Shown here in pieces: positions 56,638 to 64,000 of a stretch of DNA of 64,000 bases. The position numbers and the translations under genes are program-made. Source of the stretch: a virus. Numbering within the stretch: the stretch's first letter is position 1; the number at the start of each line of letters is the position of its first letter. Where the stretch lies: the IMG/VR virus record IMGVR_UViG_3300050821_024094, positions 10,778-74,777 of that record; one strand, given 5' to 3'. The notes beneath the pieces were generated by a model. The model did not search any database and was not told the DNA's origin. It worked only from the letters and a program-made list of their open reading frames with translations.

Positions 56638-56831
56638 GCGCCATGAGCAACGCCGATGCATGGCCTGACATGCCCGAGTTCCTGCGCCGCCCAGCGGTGA
56701 CGCCCGAACAACGCCGGCGCCTCGACCGCATGAGGGTCAACGACGTGGAGCGCACGATCAAGAACCCGCCGAAGCGAGCGAAACGCAAGACCAAGCTGCT
56801 CGGCTTCTCGCCGGTGAAGAGGGGCAAATGA
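56634..56831 (+). CDS. Hypothetical protein
   Basis: PDMPEFLRR motif; coupled. Confidence 0.55.
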   Translation: MSAMSNADAWPDMPEFLRRPAVTPEQRRRLDRMRVNDVERTIKNPPKRAKRKTKLLGFSPVKRGK

Positions 56832-57325
56832 TCCTGCCCGCCGGGACGTTCAAAGTCAGCGACTACCGCAAGGCGGTCCCCGTCTACGTCAAGCTCGCGG
56901 TGCTGATCCGCCAGGAGTGCAAGGACACGGGCGGCGAACGGTTTGAGGACGACGTGGAGCTGGAGTTCGATCACTCGCCGGCCCTGGTCAATCGCGACTA
57001 CGACACCGAGGCCGGCGATTTCATCCCACCGCAGAACGATCCGAAGTTCATCGTCGCGAGCCGCAAGGCCGAACACCTGGAGAAGACGACGGGCCGAAAG
57101 GCGGGAGCAGAGAAGACAGTGACCACGCGCGGGAGTGATGTGGGCGAAGCCGCCCGCACGCGCGGGATCAAGCGAACCCAGGCCGCGCACCAAGCGCGGA
57201 TGGAGGCGAAGCAGATCGGCGCCGAGGTTCCGGTCGAACCAATCCGCAAGCGAACGCGGAAGATAGCGAGCCGACCATTCTCGAAAGAGCGGCGGCCATT
57301 CCCTACCAGCCAACGGAGAGCATGA
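56828..57325 (+). CDS. HNH-like nuclease
   Basis: EFDH.PAL...ND......H..KT. Confidence 0.65.
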   Translation: MILPAGTFKVSDYRKAVPVYVKLAVLIRQECKDTGGERFEDDVELEFDHSPALVNRDYDTEAGDFIPPQNDPKFIVASRKAEHLEKTTGRKAGAEKTVTTRGSDVGEAARTRGIKRTQAAHQARMEAKQIGAEVPVEPIRKRTRKIASRPFSKERRPFPTSQRRA

Positions 57326-57816
57326 TGAGCGACCTGAAGGAATCCATTGATGCCGCACGCGAGACGTTGCTCCGTGTCGGAGGTCCCACCGTCAACGTCG
57401 GCGGCCGCGTCGAGGGGATCGTCGCCCACATCCGCAAAGAGCTCGACGAGATCCGAGTCGATCCGAGCGACGTCATCGAGTACGCCGACGTCTTCATTCT
57501 CGCGATCGACGCGGCTTGGCGCGGCGGGGCATCGAACGACGAGATCGTGGAGATGTTCACCCAGGTCGACCAGTTCGACGACGTCCAGCCGGTCACTGAT
57601 CTGGAAGAAGCGCTCGCCCTGCTGTGTCACTTCCCTCGCACGCTCCACGCTTGCTGTGTCGTGATGGCCTGCGCGAAGCGGATGGCAGCGGATGCCGGGT
57701 TCGACGAGGCCGCCTTCCGGGATGCCCTCGATCGCAAGATCGCGATCGTCGGGACGCGCAAGTATCCACCGATGGTCGAGGGCCGCCCCTTCGAGCATAT
57801 CCGCGAACCTACCTAG
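57322..57816 (+). CDS. DUF550-like dNTP pyrophosphohydrolase
   Basis: G...HIRKELDEI...P.D..EYADV.ILA.D...R.G; K......R.YP.....P.EHIR. Confidence 0.7.
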   Translation: MMSDLKESIDAARETLLRVGGPTVNVGGRVEGIVAHIRKELDEIRVDPSDVIEYADVFILAIDAAWRGGASNDEIVEMFTQVDQFDDVQPVTDLEEALALLCHFPRTLHACCVVMACAKRMAADAGFDEAAFRDALDRKIAIVGTRKYPPMVEGRPFEHIREPT

Positions 57817-57928
57817 TATTTATGTGAGTGGCCGCCATTTTTACTTGACTGGAAGCGCCGGCCTGTAAGTATCCATCCGCCAACAAAAAGTAACGACGTC
57901 CCTACCACAAAGATCAACGGAGAATCCA

Positions 57929-59044
57929 ATGAAGCTATCAATCGAGCGCTCCGCGCTCCTCAAAGCCGTCAACGCAGTTCGCGGCTCGGTCGAGCGCAAG
58001 GCAACAATCCCCATCCTCGCCAACGTGCTCCTCGCTGCGAGCGGCGAACAACTCTCCATCACCGGAACCGATCTTGACATTGAGTGCCGCACTGTAGCGC
58101 CGGCCGAAGTGTCGAAGCCCGGTCAGATCACGGTGGCCTGCGAGATTTTGCGCGACATCGCCTCCAAGGTCGGTGCGAGCGACAAGATCAGCATGGAGGT
58201 CGAGAAGGGCGGCGACACCCTGATCGTGAAGTCTGGGCGCTCGCGCTTCAAGCTCAACACCATCCCGGCGACTGACTTCCCCTCGCTCAATGTCGGGAAG
58301 TTCGACGCCACATTTGTGATTACGTCCGATCACTTGACTGGGCTGTTCAGCAAGACAGAGTTCGCGATCTCGGACGAGGCGACGCGCTACTATCTCTGCG
58401 GCACCTACCTGCACCCGATCGCGCGCGACAATGCGTCGGTCCTGCGCGCGTGCGCAACCGACGGCCATCGCCTTGCGATGATCGATGTGGATGGGCCCGA
58501 GGGTTCGCACGCTATGCCCGGCGTGATCGTCCCGCGCCGGACGGTGACCCAGGTGATCGCGCTCTGCGATACCGCCGACAGCGTCACGGTCGAGGTGTCG
58601 ACGTCCAAGATCACGTTTGAAACCGAGACGACCAAGCTCACGTCCAAGCTGATCGATGGGCAGTTCCCCGACTACATGCGCGTCGTCCCGCTGGGGAACG
58701 ATAAGCCGCTGAGCGTTGCACGACAGGACTTTGTCGATGCCATCGCGAGAGTGTCGGCGATCAAGACCGAGCGCAGCCCGGCCATGAAGCTCTCGATGGG
58801 TGACGGGGCCGTGGTGCTCTCGATGGCGAACTCGGACACCGGCACCTCGTCAGACGAACTCGACGCCGAATACGTTTCCGACCCGATGGAGATCGGATTC
58901 AACTCTCGCTACCTCGCCGAGATTTGCAGTGAGATCGACGCGGATCGGATCGAGCTCAAACTGGCTGATCCGGGCTCGCCCACCATCATCGCTCCGGTCG
59001 GCGACAGCGGTGCGACCTACGTGCTCATGCCCATGAGAGTTTGA
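57929..59044 (+). CDS. dnaN: DNA polymerase III beta sliding clamp
   Basis: TIPILANVLL, TDLD, TRYYL.G, ATDGHRLA, SKLIDG.FPDY.RV, IGFNSRYL, VLMPMRV. Confidence 0.97.
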   Translation: MKLSIERSALLKAVNAVRGSVERKATIPILANVLLAASGEQLSITGTDLDIECRTVAPAEVSKPGQITVACEILRDIASKVGASDKISMEVEKGGDTLIVKSGRSRFKLNTIPATDFPSLNVGKFDATFVITSDHLTGLFSKTEFAISDEATRYYLCGTYLHPIARDNASVLRACATDGHRLAMIDVDGPEGSHAMPGVIVPRRTVTQVIALCDTADSVTVEVSTSKITFETETTKLTSKLIDGQFPDYMRVVPLGNDKPLSVARQDFVDAIARVSAIKTERSPAMKLSMGDGAVVLSMANSDTGTSSDELDAEYVSDPMEIGFNSRYLAEICSEIDADRIELKLADPGSPTIIAPVGDSGATYVLMPMRV

Positions 59045-59142
59045 GGCGCGGCGGACTACCCCTCTGCCAAACCTCAATCGAGAGGCGGGGCCGATAAACT
59101 TGGCTCCGGTCCCGCCTCTCAAATCTCTCGGGACACGACTCC

Positions 59143-60114
59143 ATGACCGTCTTTCGCGTTTGCGACATCGAAACTACCGGCATTGACCCGGAGCAGCACG
59201 CGATCGTGGAGATCGCCTGCACGGACGTCGTCGACCGCCAACTTGCTACTGAGTACAGTTCGCTGGTCAAGCCGCCTCACCCGATCCCGCCCGAGGCGAT
59301 GGCTGTCCACCACATCACCGATGCCGACGTGGCAGACGCCCCAGAGGCGCGCGAGATTGTCCCGTTGTTCCTCGGGACTGACTACCGCGACATGATCTAT
59401 GTCGCTCACAATTCACAGTTCGAGCAGGGTTTCCTAGCGCCCTACGTTCCCGGCGCGCGCTGGCTCTGCACCTTCAAGTCGGGCCTGCGAGTGTGGCCGG
59501 ATGCCCCCGGTCACTCCAATCAGGTGCTTCGTTACGTGCTTGGCCTCCAGCTTTCACCTGGCGCTCCGCACCGCGCAGGACCCGACACCATTGTCACGGC
59601 GAACATTCTCCTGGAGCTCCTAAGGCACGCGAGTGTCGAGGACATGCTCGCATGGACGATGGAGCCGCCGATCTTCAAGACGGTGAGGTTCGGAAAGAAG
59701 CATCGCGGCGAGCCGTGGGTCGACCTGCCGCAGGACTACCTGCTCTGGATCATCGAGAAGTCCGACCTCGACGACGACACGAAGTGGAACGCCAAGCGCG
59801 TGCTGAAGATGCGGCGTGCGGAGGCCGAGAAGAAGACCAACGAAGCGCGCAACGCCTACACCGCGCTGGCCGTGCAAGCCGCTGCGATCGCCCTCACCGT
59901 CGCAGACCTTGAGACCTGGTTTCGAGGCGAGACGGCCAACCGATCCAAGCACGGCGTCTATCCCAACACCCCACCCTACAAGCGGATTGTTGATGCCTGT
60001 GCGGCGCGTAAAGCCGCGCTGAGCCCGAAAAAAGAAGCGACCATCACCATCCCTACCACGGAGAAAACGAATGCCAGAGACCCAGAGTACGGTTCGCTCC
60101 TACCGCCCATCTAA
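59143..60114 (+). CDS. Exonuclease X-like DEDDh 3'-5' exonuclease with DUF3820-like domain
   Basis: DIETTG, VAHN..FE, HRA..D, FGK.HRG....LP.DYL.W. Confidence 0.9.
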   Translation: MTVFRVCDIETTGIDPEQHAIVEIACTDVVDRQLATEYSSLVKPPHPIPPEAMAVHHITDADVADAPEAREIVPLFLGTDYRDMIYVAHNSQFEQGFLAPYVPGARWLCTFKSGLRVWPDAPGHSNQVLRYVLGLQLSPGAPHRAGPDTIVTANILLELLRHASVEDMLAWTMEPPIFKTVRFGKKHRGEPWVDLPQDYLLWIIEKSDLDDDTKWNAKRVLKMRRAEAEKKTNEARNAYTALAVQAAAIALTVADLETWFRGETANRSKHGVYPNTPPYKRIVDACAARKAALSPKKEATITIPTTEKTNARDPEYGSLLPPI

Positions 60115-60379
60115 CGGATCGGAGGGCGAGCATTTCGAGAACCAGTTTTGCGCGCAGTGCTCGCGCGATGCCGCGTTCCGCGACAATCCTGATAGCAACG
60201 ACGGCTGTCCGATCCTGGCGATGGCTTACGCCTTCGACCGCTCACACCAGAATTATCCGAGAGAGTGGGTGACCGACGACGTCAAAGGTCCGCGCTGCAC
60301 CGCGTTCACGACCGAGACGAGCGAGCCGCCGCAGGAGCGCTGCCCTCACACGATCGACATGTTCGCGGCGGCGGCGTGA
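60071..60379 (+). CDS. Cys-rich hypothetical protein
   Basis: YRPSNGSEG..F...C..C...CPI...CT.F...RCP.T.DMF. Confidence 0.75.
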   Translation: MPETQSTVRSYRPSNGSEGEHFENQFCAQCSRDAAFRDNPDSNDGCPILAMAYAFDRSHQNYPREWVTDDVKGPRCTAFTTETSEPPQERCPHTIDMFAAAA

Positions 60380-60588
60380 TGGAAGAGGAACCGCATTTCG
60401 TTTGGACGCGCGGCGTCGGCAACAAGCCGAGCCCGAGCAAATGGCCGGACGCGCCAGTGCGCCACTGCGGGCGCGAGTTGCGGCGAAAGGAAGACGTATT
60501 CGCCGCACACAAGCTCAAGCCGGACGAGTTCGCGATGTCGCTCAATGAGCTGATCGAGCTCTACCCGCCGCCGGCGGTGCCGCAATGA
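60379..60588 (+). CDS. Hypothetical protein
   Basis: Coupled; L.EL...YP.P end. Confidence 0.55.
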   Translation: MEEEPHFVWTRGVGNKPSPSKWPDAPVRHCGRELRRKEDVFAAHKLKPDEFAMSLNELIELYPPPAVPQ

Positions 60589-60935
60589 CCAGGCTCTATG
60601 AATGCACGACCTGCCGCCGATGGGTCTTCGATAAACACGTCTGCCCACCGAAGTGGGAGTGCCGCGCCGCTTGGGAAGACTGGCGGGACGCGGAGTGGAC
60701 GACCATGCACGCCTACGACGCCGAGACTGCGGCGGAGAAATATGCCGAGCACTACGATTGCGAGGGCGGCGAATACGCGATCGTCAGTGGTCACGTCGGC
60801 GACGGCATCATTTACGTCCGCAAGCCGGCCAAGGACCCCGACAGCTACGACGTCCAGGACGTCGAGCTCTACGCCATCAGGGCAGAGACGGTCCCGACCT
60901 ACTACGGCAACAAGATCGAACGGAGGGTGGCATGA
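60585..60935 (+). CDS. Hypothetical protein
   Basis: CxxC; DAETAAEKYAE motif; coupled. Confidence 0.7.
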   Translation: MTRLYECTTCRRWVFDKHVCPPKWECRAAWEDWRDAEWTTMHAYDAETAAEKYAEHYDCEGGEYAIVSGHVGDGIIYVRKPAKDPDSYDVQDVELYAIRAETVPTYYGNKIERRVA

Positions 60936-61390
60936 GCACCGTGCGAGCAATCTCCCTGTGGCAACCATGGGCCTCGCTCTGGCTCTCGCCGCGCAAGCTG
61001 CACGAGACCCGGCACTGGGCGACCAAACATCGCGGGCCGCTCGTGGTGCACGCGGCCAAGCGCATCGAGCGCGTTGATCCGGAGTCGCCGCTTGGGGTGA
61101 TCCTGGAAGGCGAGTTCGGAAAGGGTTGGTACGAGTCGCTACCGCGCGGCGCCATTCTCGGCGTTGTTGAGCTCCTTGATTGCCGGCGCACTGAGGAGAT
61201 TTGGGCGGAGACCGACGAGCTCAAACAGTGCGACGACGACTACTACTGCGGCGACTTCTCACCTCGCCGCTTCGGTTGGCTGCGCGGCGACTATTCCCGA
61301 TTTCCAGAGCCGATCCCGTACCGCGGACAGCAAGCGCTGTTCAGCATCCCGCGGGAGGTGCTGCTCGCAGCCCTGGGGCGCGCAGCATGA
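60932..61390 (+). CDS. ASCH domain protein
   Basis: AISLWQPWASL....K..ETR.W.T..RGPL..HAAK; P.P.RGQQ.LF. Confidence 0.9.
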   Translation: MSTVRAISLWQPWASLWLSPRKLHETRHWATKHRGPLVVHAAKRIERVDPESPLGVILEGEFGKGWYESLPRGAILGVVELLDCRRTEEIWAETDELKQCDDDYYCGDFSPRRFGWLRGDYSRFPEPIPYRGQQALFSIPREVLLAALGRAA

Positions 61391-61599
61391 ACAAGAACCT
61401 GCGCGATGCACTGAGCATCATCGAAGAGGAAGGCTTGAAAGTGATCGAGATCAAGAACGGTGCGCGCCATGTCCGCGTTCACTGCGAGGGCGAGGCCGGG
61501 AAAGGCGTGGTCACCGTCCACGCTGGGACCAAGGTGAAGTCGCGTTTCCTGCCGTCGATCCGCTCCTGCGCGCGCGCGATCGCAAGGGGGGCGGCATGA
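61387..61599 (+). CDS. Small protein, possibly HicA-like fold
   Basis: L.....G......G..H......G.VTV pattern. Confidence 0.55.
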   Translation: MNKNLRDALSIIEEEGLKVIEIKNGARHVRVHCEGEAGKGVVTVHAGTKVKSRFLPSIRSCARAIARGAA

Positions 61600-62198
61600 G
61601 CGAACTCCCCTTCGCTGTGCTCCCGCGCCATCTCGCACACGACCCCGGCGGCAAGGTGATGCTTAGCCTTGAGCCAGGCGTGGTCGGCGATGCCGAGTTC
61701 TACGGCGACAACAATCAATACCGGCTCTGGCTCTCGCGCTGGTGGGGCGACCAGCGCGGGCCGTTCGCGCTCTGGATCGGGATGAACCCGTCGACCGCCG
61801 CGAAGCATGTGGACGATCCGACGGTGCGGCGCGAGTGCCTCTACAGCCGGCGCCACCTCCAGGTGAACGGCTACGTCAAGTGCAACGTCGCGGACTACCG
61901 CGCGACCAAACCGAGCGAACTGCTGAAGGTCGAGCCGCGCAGCGATCGCAACCTGGACACCATCCTACGGTTCGCGGCTCGCGCCGACCGCATCATCGTT
62001 TGCTACGGAGCGCTGCACAAAAAGCTGGAGCACTGCGCCTCGATTGTGGTCGGCGCGCTGGAGGCCGCCGGCTGTGACCTCCACTGCCTTGGCTACACGA
62101 AAGACGGCGCTCCCCGCCATCCACTCTACTTGCGCGGCGACACCGAGCTGGTGCCGTTCACGCGCGGCGCAAAACCCAACCGGGAGATTGACCAATGA
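61596..62198 (+). CDS. DUF1643 family protein
   Basis: YR.WL.R.W, IGMNPSTA...DDPT.RR, RAT.P, G.TKDG.PRHPLY. Confidence 0.9.
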   Translation: MSELPFAVLPRHLAHDPGGKVMLSLEPGVVGDAEFYGDNNQYRLWLSRWWGDQRGPFALWIGMNPSTAAKHVDDPTVRRECLYSRRHLQVNGYVKCNVADYRATKPSELLKVEPRSDRNLDTILRFAARADRIIVCYGALHKKLEHCASIVVGALEAAGCDLHCLGYTKDGAPRHPLYLRGDTELVPFTRGAKPNREIDQ

Positions 62199-62452
62199 AG
62201 ATGACGCCCGAGCTCGAAGCCGTGATCAGCGCCGCCCGCGACGATTGGTGGTTGGAGCGACGAGGCGATGATCCTGGCGAACGCCAATTGATCGCCGCGC
62301 TCTGCCGCGCATTCCCGCGGGACGTTCACACGCGAGAGACCTGCTCGTGCGGGGAGCAGGAGGGATGCGATGAGTGCCCGACACGCTTCGAAGTCGACGC
62401 GATGATCGCGAAGGCCGATCGCGAGGCGGGGCAAGGAAGAACAGACCAATGA
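62195..62452 (+). CDS. Hypothetical protein
   Basis: Coupled; CSC...C.EC. Confidence 0.6.
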   Translation: MKMTPELEAVISAARDDWWLERRGDDPGERQLIAALCRAFPRDVHTRETCSCGEQEGCDECPTRFEVDAMIAKADREAGQGRTDQ

Positions 62453-62721
62453 CGTCAATCAAGTTTCGCGTTGATCCCGGCGACGTCCCGCCCGAGAAGG
62501 CGGCACGACGCCTGCACCTTTCGGAAGCGGAGTTCGAGATCAAGCTGCCCGAGTTGATTTCGCGCGGCTTCCCCGAGCCCGATCCGACTACCGGTATGTT
62601 CTGCATGGAGGCGATCGACGAGTGGCGTCGCGCCCGCTATCCACACTTGTTCCGGTTGACCGCACAACGTGCGAACAAGCAGTCTCACGCGCAGGTGATG
62701 GCACGCATCAACGAGCTGTAG
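62449..62721 (+). CDS. Excisionase-like protein
   Basis: AARRL.L...F...L..L..RGFP.PDP.TG....AID.W; directly before integrase. Confidence 0.7.
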   Translation: MTSIKFRVDPGDVPPEKAARRLHLSEAEFEIKLPELISRGFPEPDPTTGMFCMEAIDEWRRARYPHLFRLTAQRANKQSHAQVMARINEL

Positions 62722-62725
62722 CCCG

Positions 62726-64000
62726 ATGGGACATGACAAGGTTCGATACCTGATGCCCGTCAAGGGCTCCTGGTACTGGCGCGCGACGAAGTCGATGCGC
62801 GAGGCCGGCTTTGCGACGCGAGCATTGGGCAAGGACTACGATCGTGCAAAGGCTGAAGCCATCCGCTTCAACGAGGAGTGGGATCGCTATCGTCGCGGCG
62901 GAGAGGAAGCGCCCAAAGGGCCCTACTTCCCGCCAGGGACGCTTGGGCATGCCTACGTGCGTGTGATGAACATGCGCGCGCAGGCGCGCAAGGCTAAGAG
63001 CATCGAATGGACTGCCGAGCAGGCGAGCCGAGACGACTGGCCGCGCGCGTGGCGATGGCTCGGCCACGCCTTTGCCGTCATGCCGCCTCTCGACATCACG
63101 CCTGAGCAGATGATGACGCTTCGCAATAGGGTGCTCGAGAAGGTTTCCGAGACCGAGGCTCACCGCATGGTGAAGGTGTTCCGCGCGCTCTGGAAGAAGC
63201 TGCCCAGCCTGGGAGCCCACTACGCGGGCGTGACCAAGGAGAACGATCCGTCCCTCCTATTTGCCAACAACGCGCCTCAGCCGCGCCAGGCCGTGTGGAG
63301 CCACCGCGAGGTAGTGATCCACGTCCAGCGGGCTTGGCGCCTGGGCTTCAAGGGCCTCGCTGCCTGCCTGGCGGTTGGGTGGGACACGATGCTCTCTCCG
63401 ATCGACGCCCGCACCCTGTCGCTGGAGCAGATGGTAGGCGACGACAATGGGGCGATGTTCTTCCTCGATCGCGCGAAGACCGGCCGCGCAGCCGCCGGGA
63501 CCATGACGCGGTGGTCGGAGGCTCTCCTGCGGGTGTACGTCGCCGAACTGGAGCAAAGGGGCATAAAGCTGCTCCCGAGCGATCAGATATTCCACACGCC
63601 AGGCACCGAGCCAGGGCCTAGGGGCGGTAGGCGCTGGCAGCCACAGCCCTATACGAAGGACACGCTGGCGAAGGACTTCCGCCTGGTGCGCGTTGCGATC
63701 AATCCGGCCGAGGAGCGCACGATTGCCGATATGCGCCGCTCCGGCGCCGTGGAGGCCGACGCGGGCGGTGCAACAGACACCGACCTCTCGAACAAGATGG
63801 CGAACACCATCAGCGCGTCGACGCGCCTGCGGAAGACCTACAACCCGGTGAATGTTCCATCAGTGCGCCGCGTCGACGAAGCGCGTGGGCGCGGACGCGA
63901 GCTGCTCGGAACGAACGCTGAATCTCAGCGCGTTAAAGGCGAACAAAACCCGACGAAAAGTGCAAACTCGCCTCGGAAAAAAGTGCAAACCAAACGGTAA
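62726..64000 (+). CDS. int: Tyrosine integrase (divergent)
   Basis: RAKTG, DMRRSG..EA..GG, RKTY; terminal position after xis-like gene. Confidence 0.8.
   Translation: MGHDKVRYLMPVKGSWYWRATKSMREAGFATRALGKDYDRAKAEAIRFNEEWDRYRRGGEEAPKGPYFPPGTLGHAYVRVMNMRAQARKAKSIEWTAEQASRDDWPRAWRWLGHAFAVMPPLDITPEQMMTLRNRVLEKVSETEAHRMVKVFRALWKKLPSLGAHYAGVTKENDPSLLFANNAPQPRQAVWSHREVVIHVQRAWRLGFKGLAACLAVGWDTMLSPIDARTLSLEQMVGDDNGAMFFLDRAKTGRAAAGTMTRWSEALLRVYVAELEQRGIKLLPSDQIFHTPGTEPGPRGGRRWQPQPYTKDTLAKDFRLVRVAINPAEERTIADMRRSGAVEADAGGATDTDLSNKMANTISASTRLRKTYNPVNVPSVRRVDEARGRGRELLGTNAESQRVKGEQNPTKSANSPRKKVQTKR

Larger units (their letters stand above)
1..64000. mobile_element. Large temperate prophage (contractile tail), extends beyond left edge; integrase at right edge
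   Basis: Ordered tail/head/packaging, replication, cI, recombination, xis-like and int modules; no host housekeeping operon. Confidence 0.95.

Noticed and set aside
57322-57816. Z-base (2-aminoadenine) pathway suggested by the DUF550-like gene
   Set aside because: No PurZ, DatZ or phage DNA polymerase in the window.
26589-60059. CCCTACCAC as a CRISPR repeat, integron attC, promoter box or Chi-like site
   Set aside because: No regular spacing, no palindrome, no cas genes. Position tracks start codons, and orientation follows the gene rather than the replicon.
1-64000. Lysis cassette, tail tube and tape measure genes
   Set aside because: None recognised; probably left of the window after the sheath, so their absence is not treated as a finding.

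Overview
The window is the right-hand ~64 kb of one large temperate myovirus-like prophage of an Alphaproteobacterium, probably Rhizobiales (it carries GcrA and GapR homologues). The minus strand carries the late genes: tail sheath (truncated at the left edge), tail fibre and P2-like baseplate V/W/J/I, Mu-like neck proteins, capsid, scaffold, portal, terminase and a ParB/methyltransferase module, interrupted by accessory islands and an atypical tRNA-Gly. A 32-43.5 kb accessory block holds ParB, a ligase, SRAP, a DUF4942-type methylase and HtpX. A lambda-like control region surrounds cI (52.3 kb), with a minus-strand replication operon and a plus-strand recombination operon ending in xis-like and int genes. 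The main finding is a candidate post-transcriptional regulon. The motif (T)CCCTACCAC lies at the translation start of 17 genes, nearly all early/middle and none structural, always in sense orientation. One further copy lies antisense inside a ~105-nt minus-strand unit with its own promoter, 5' hairpin and intrinsic terminator (43553-43659). This looks like a phage-encoded trans-acting sRNA that could silence many phage ribosome-binding sites. All functional calls come from motif recognition; no database searches were run.
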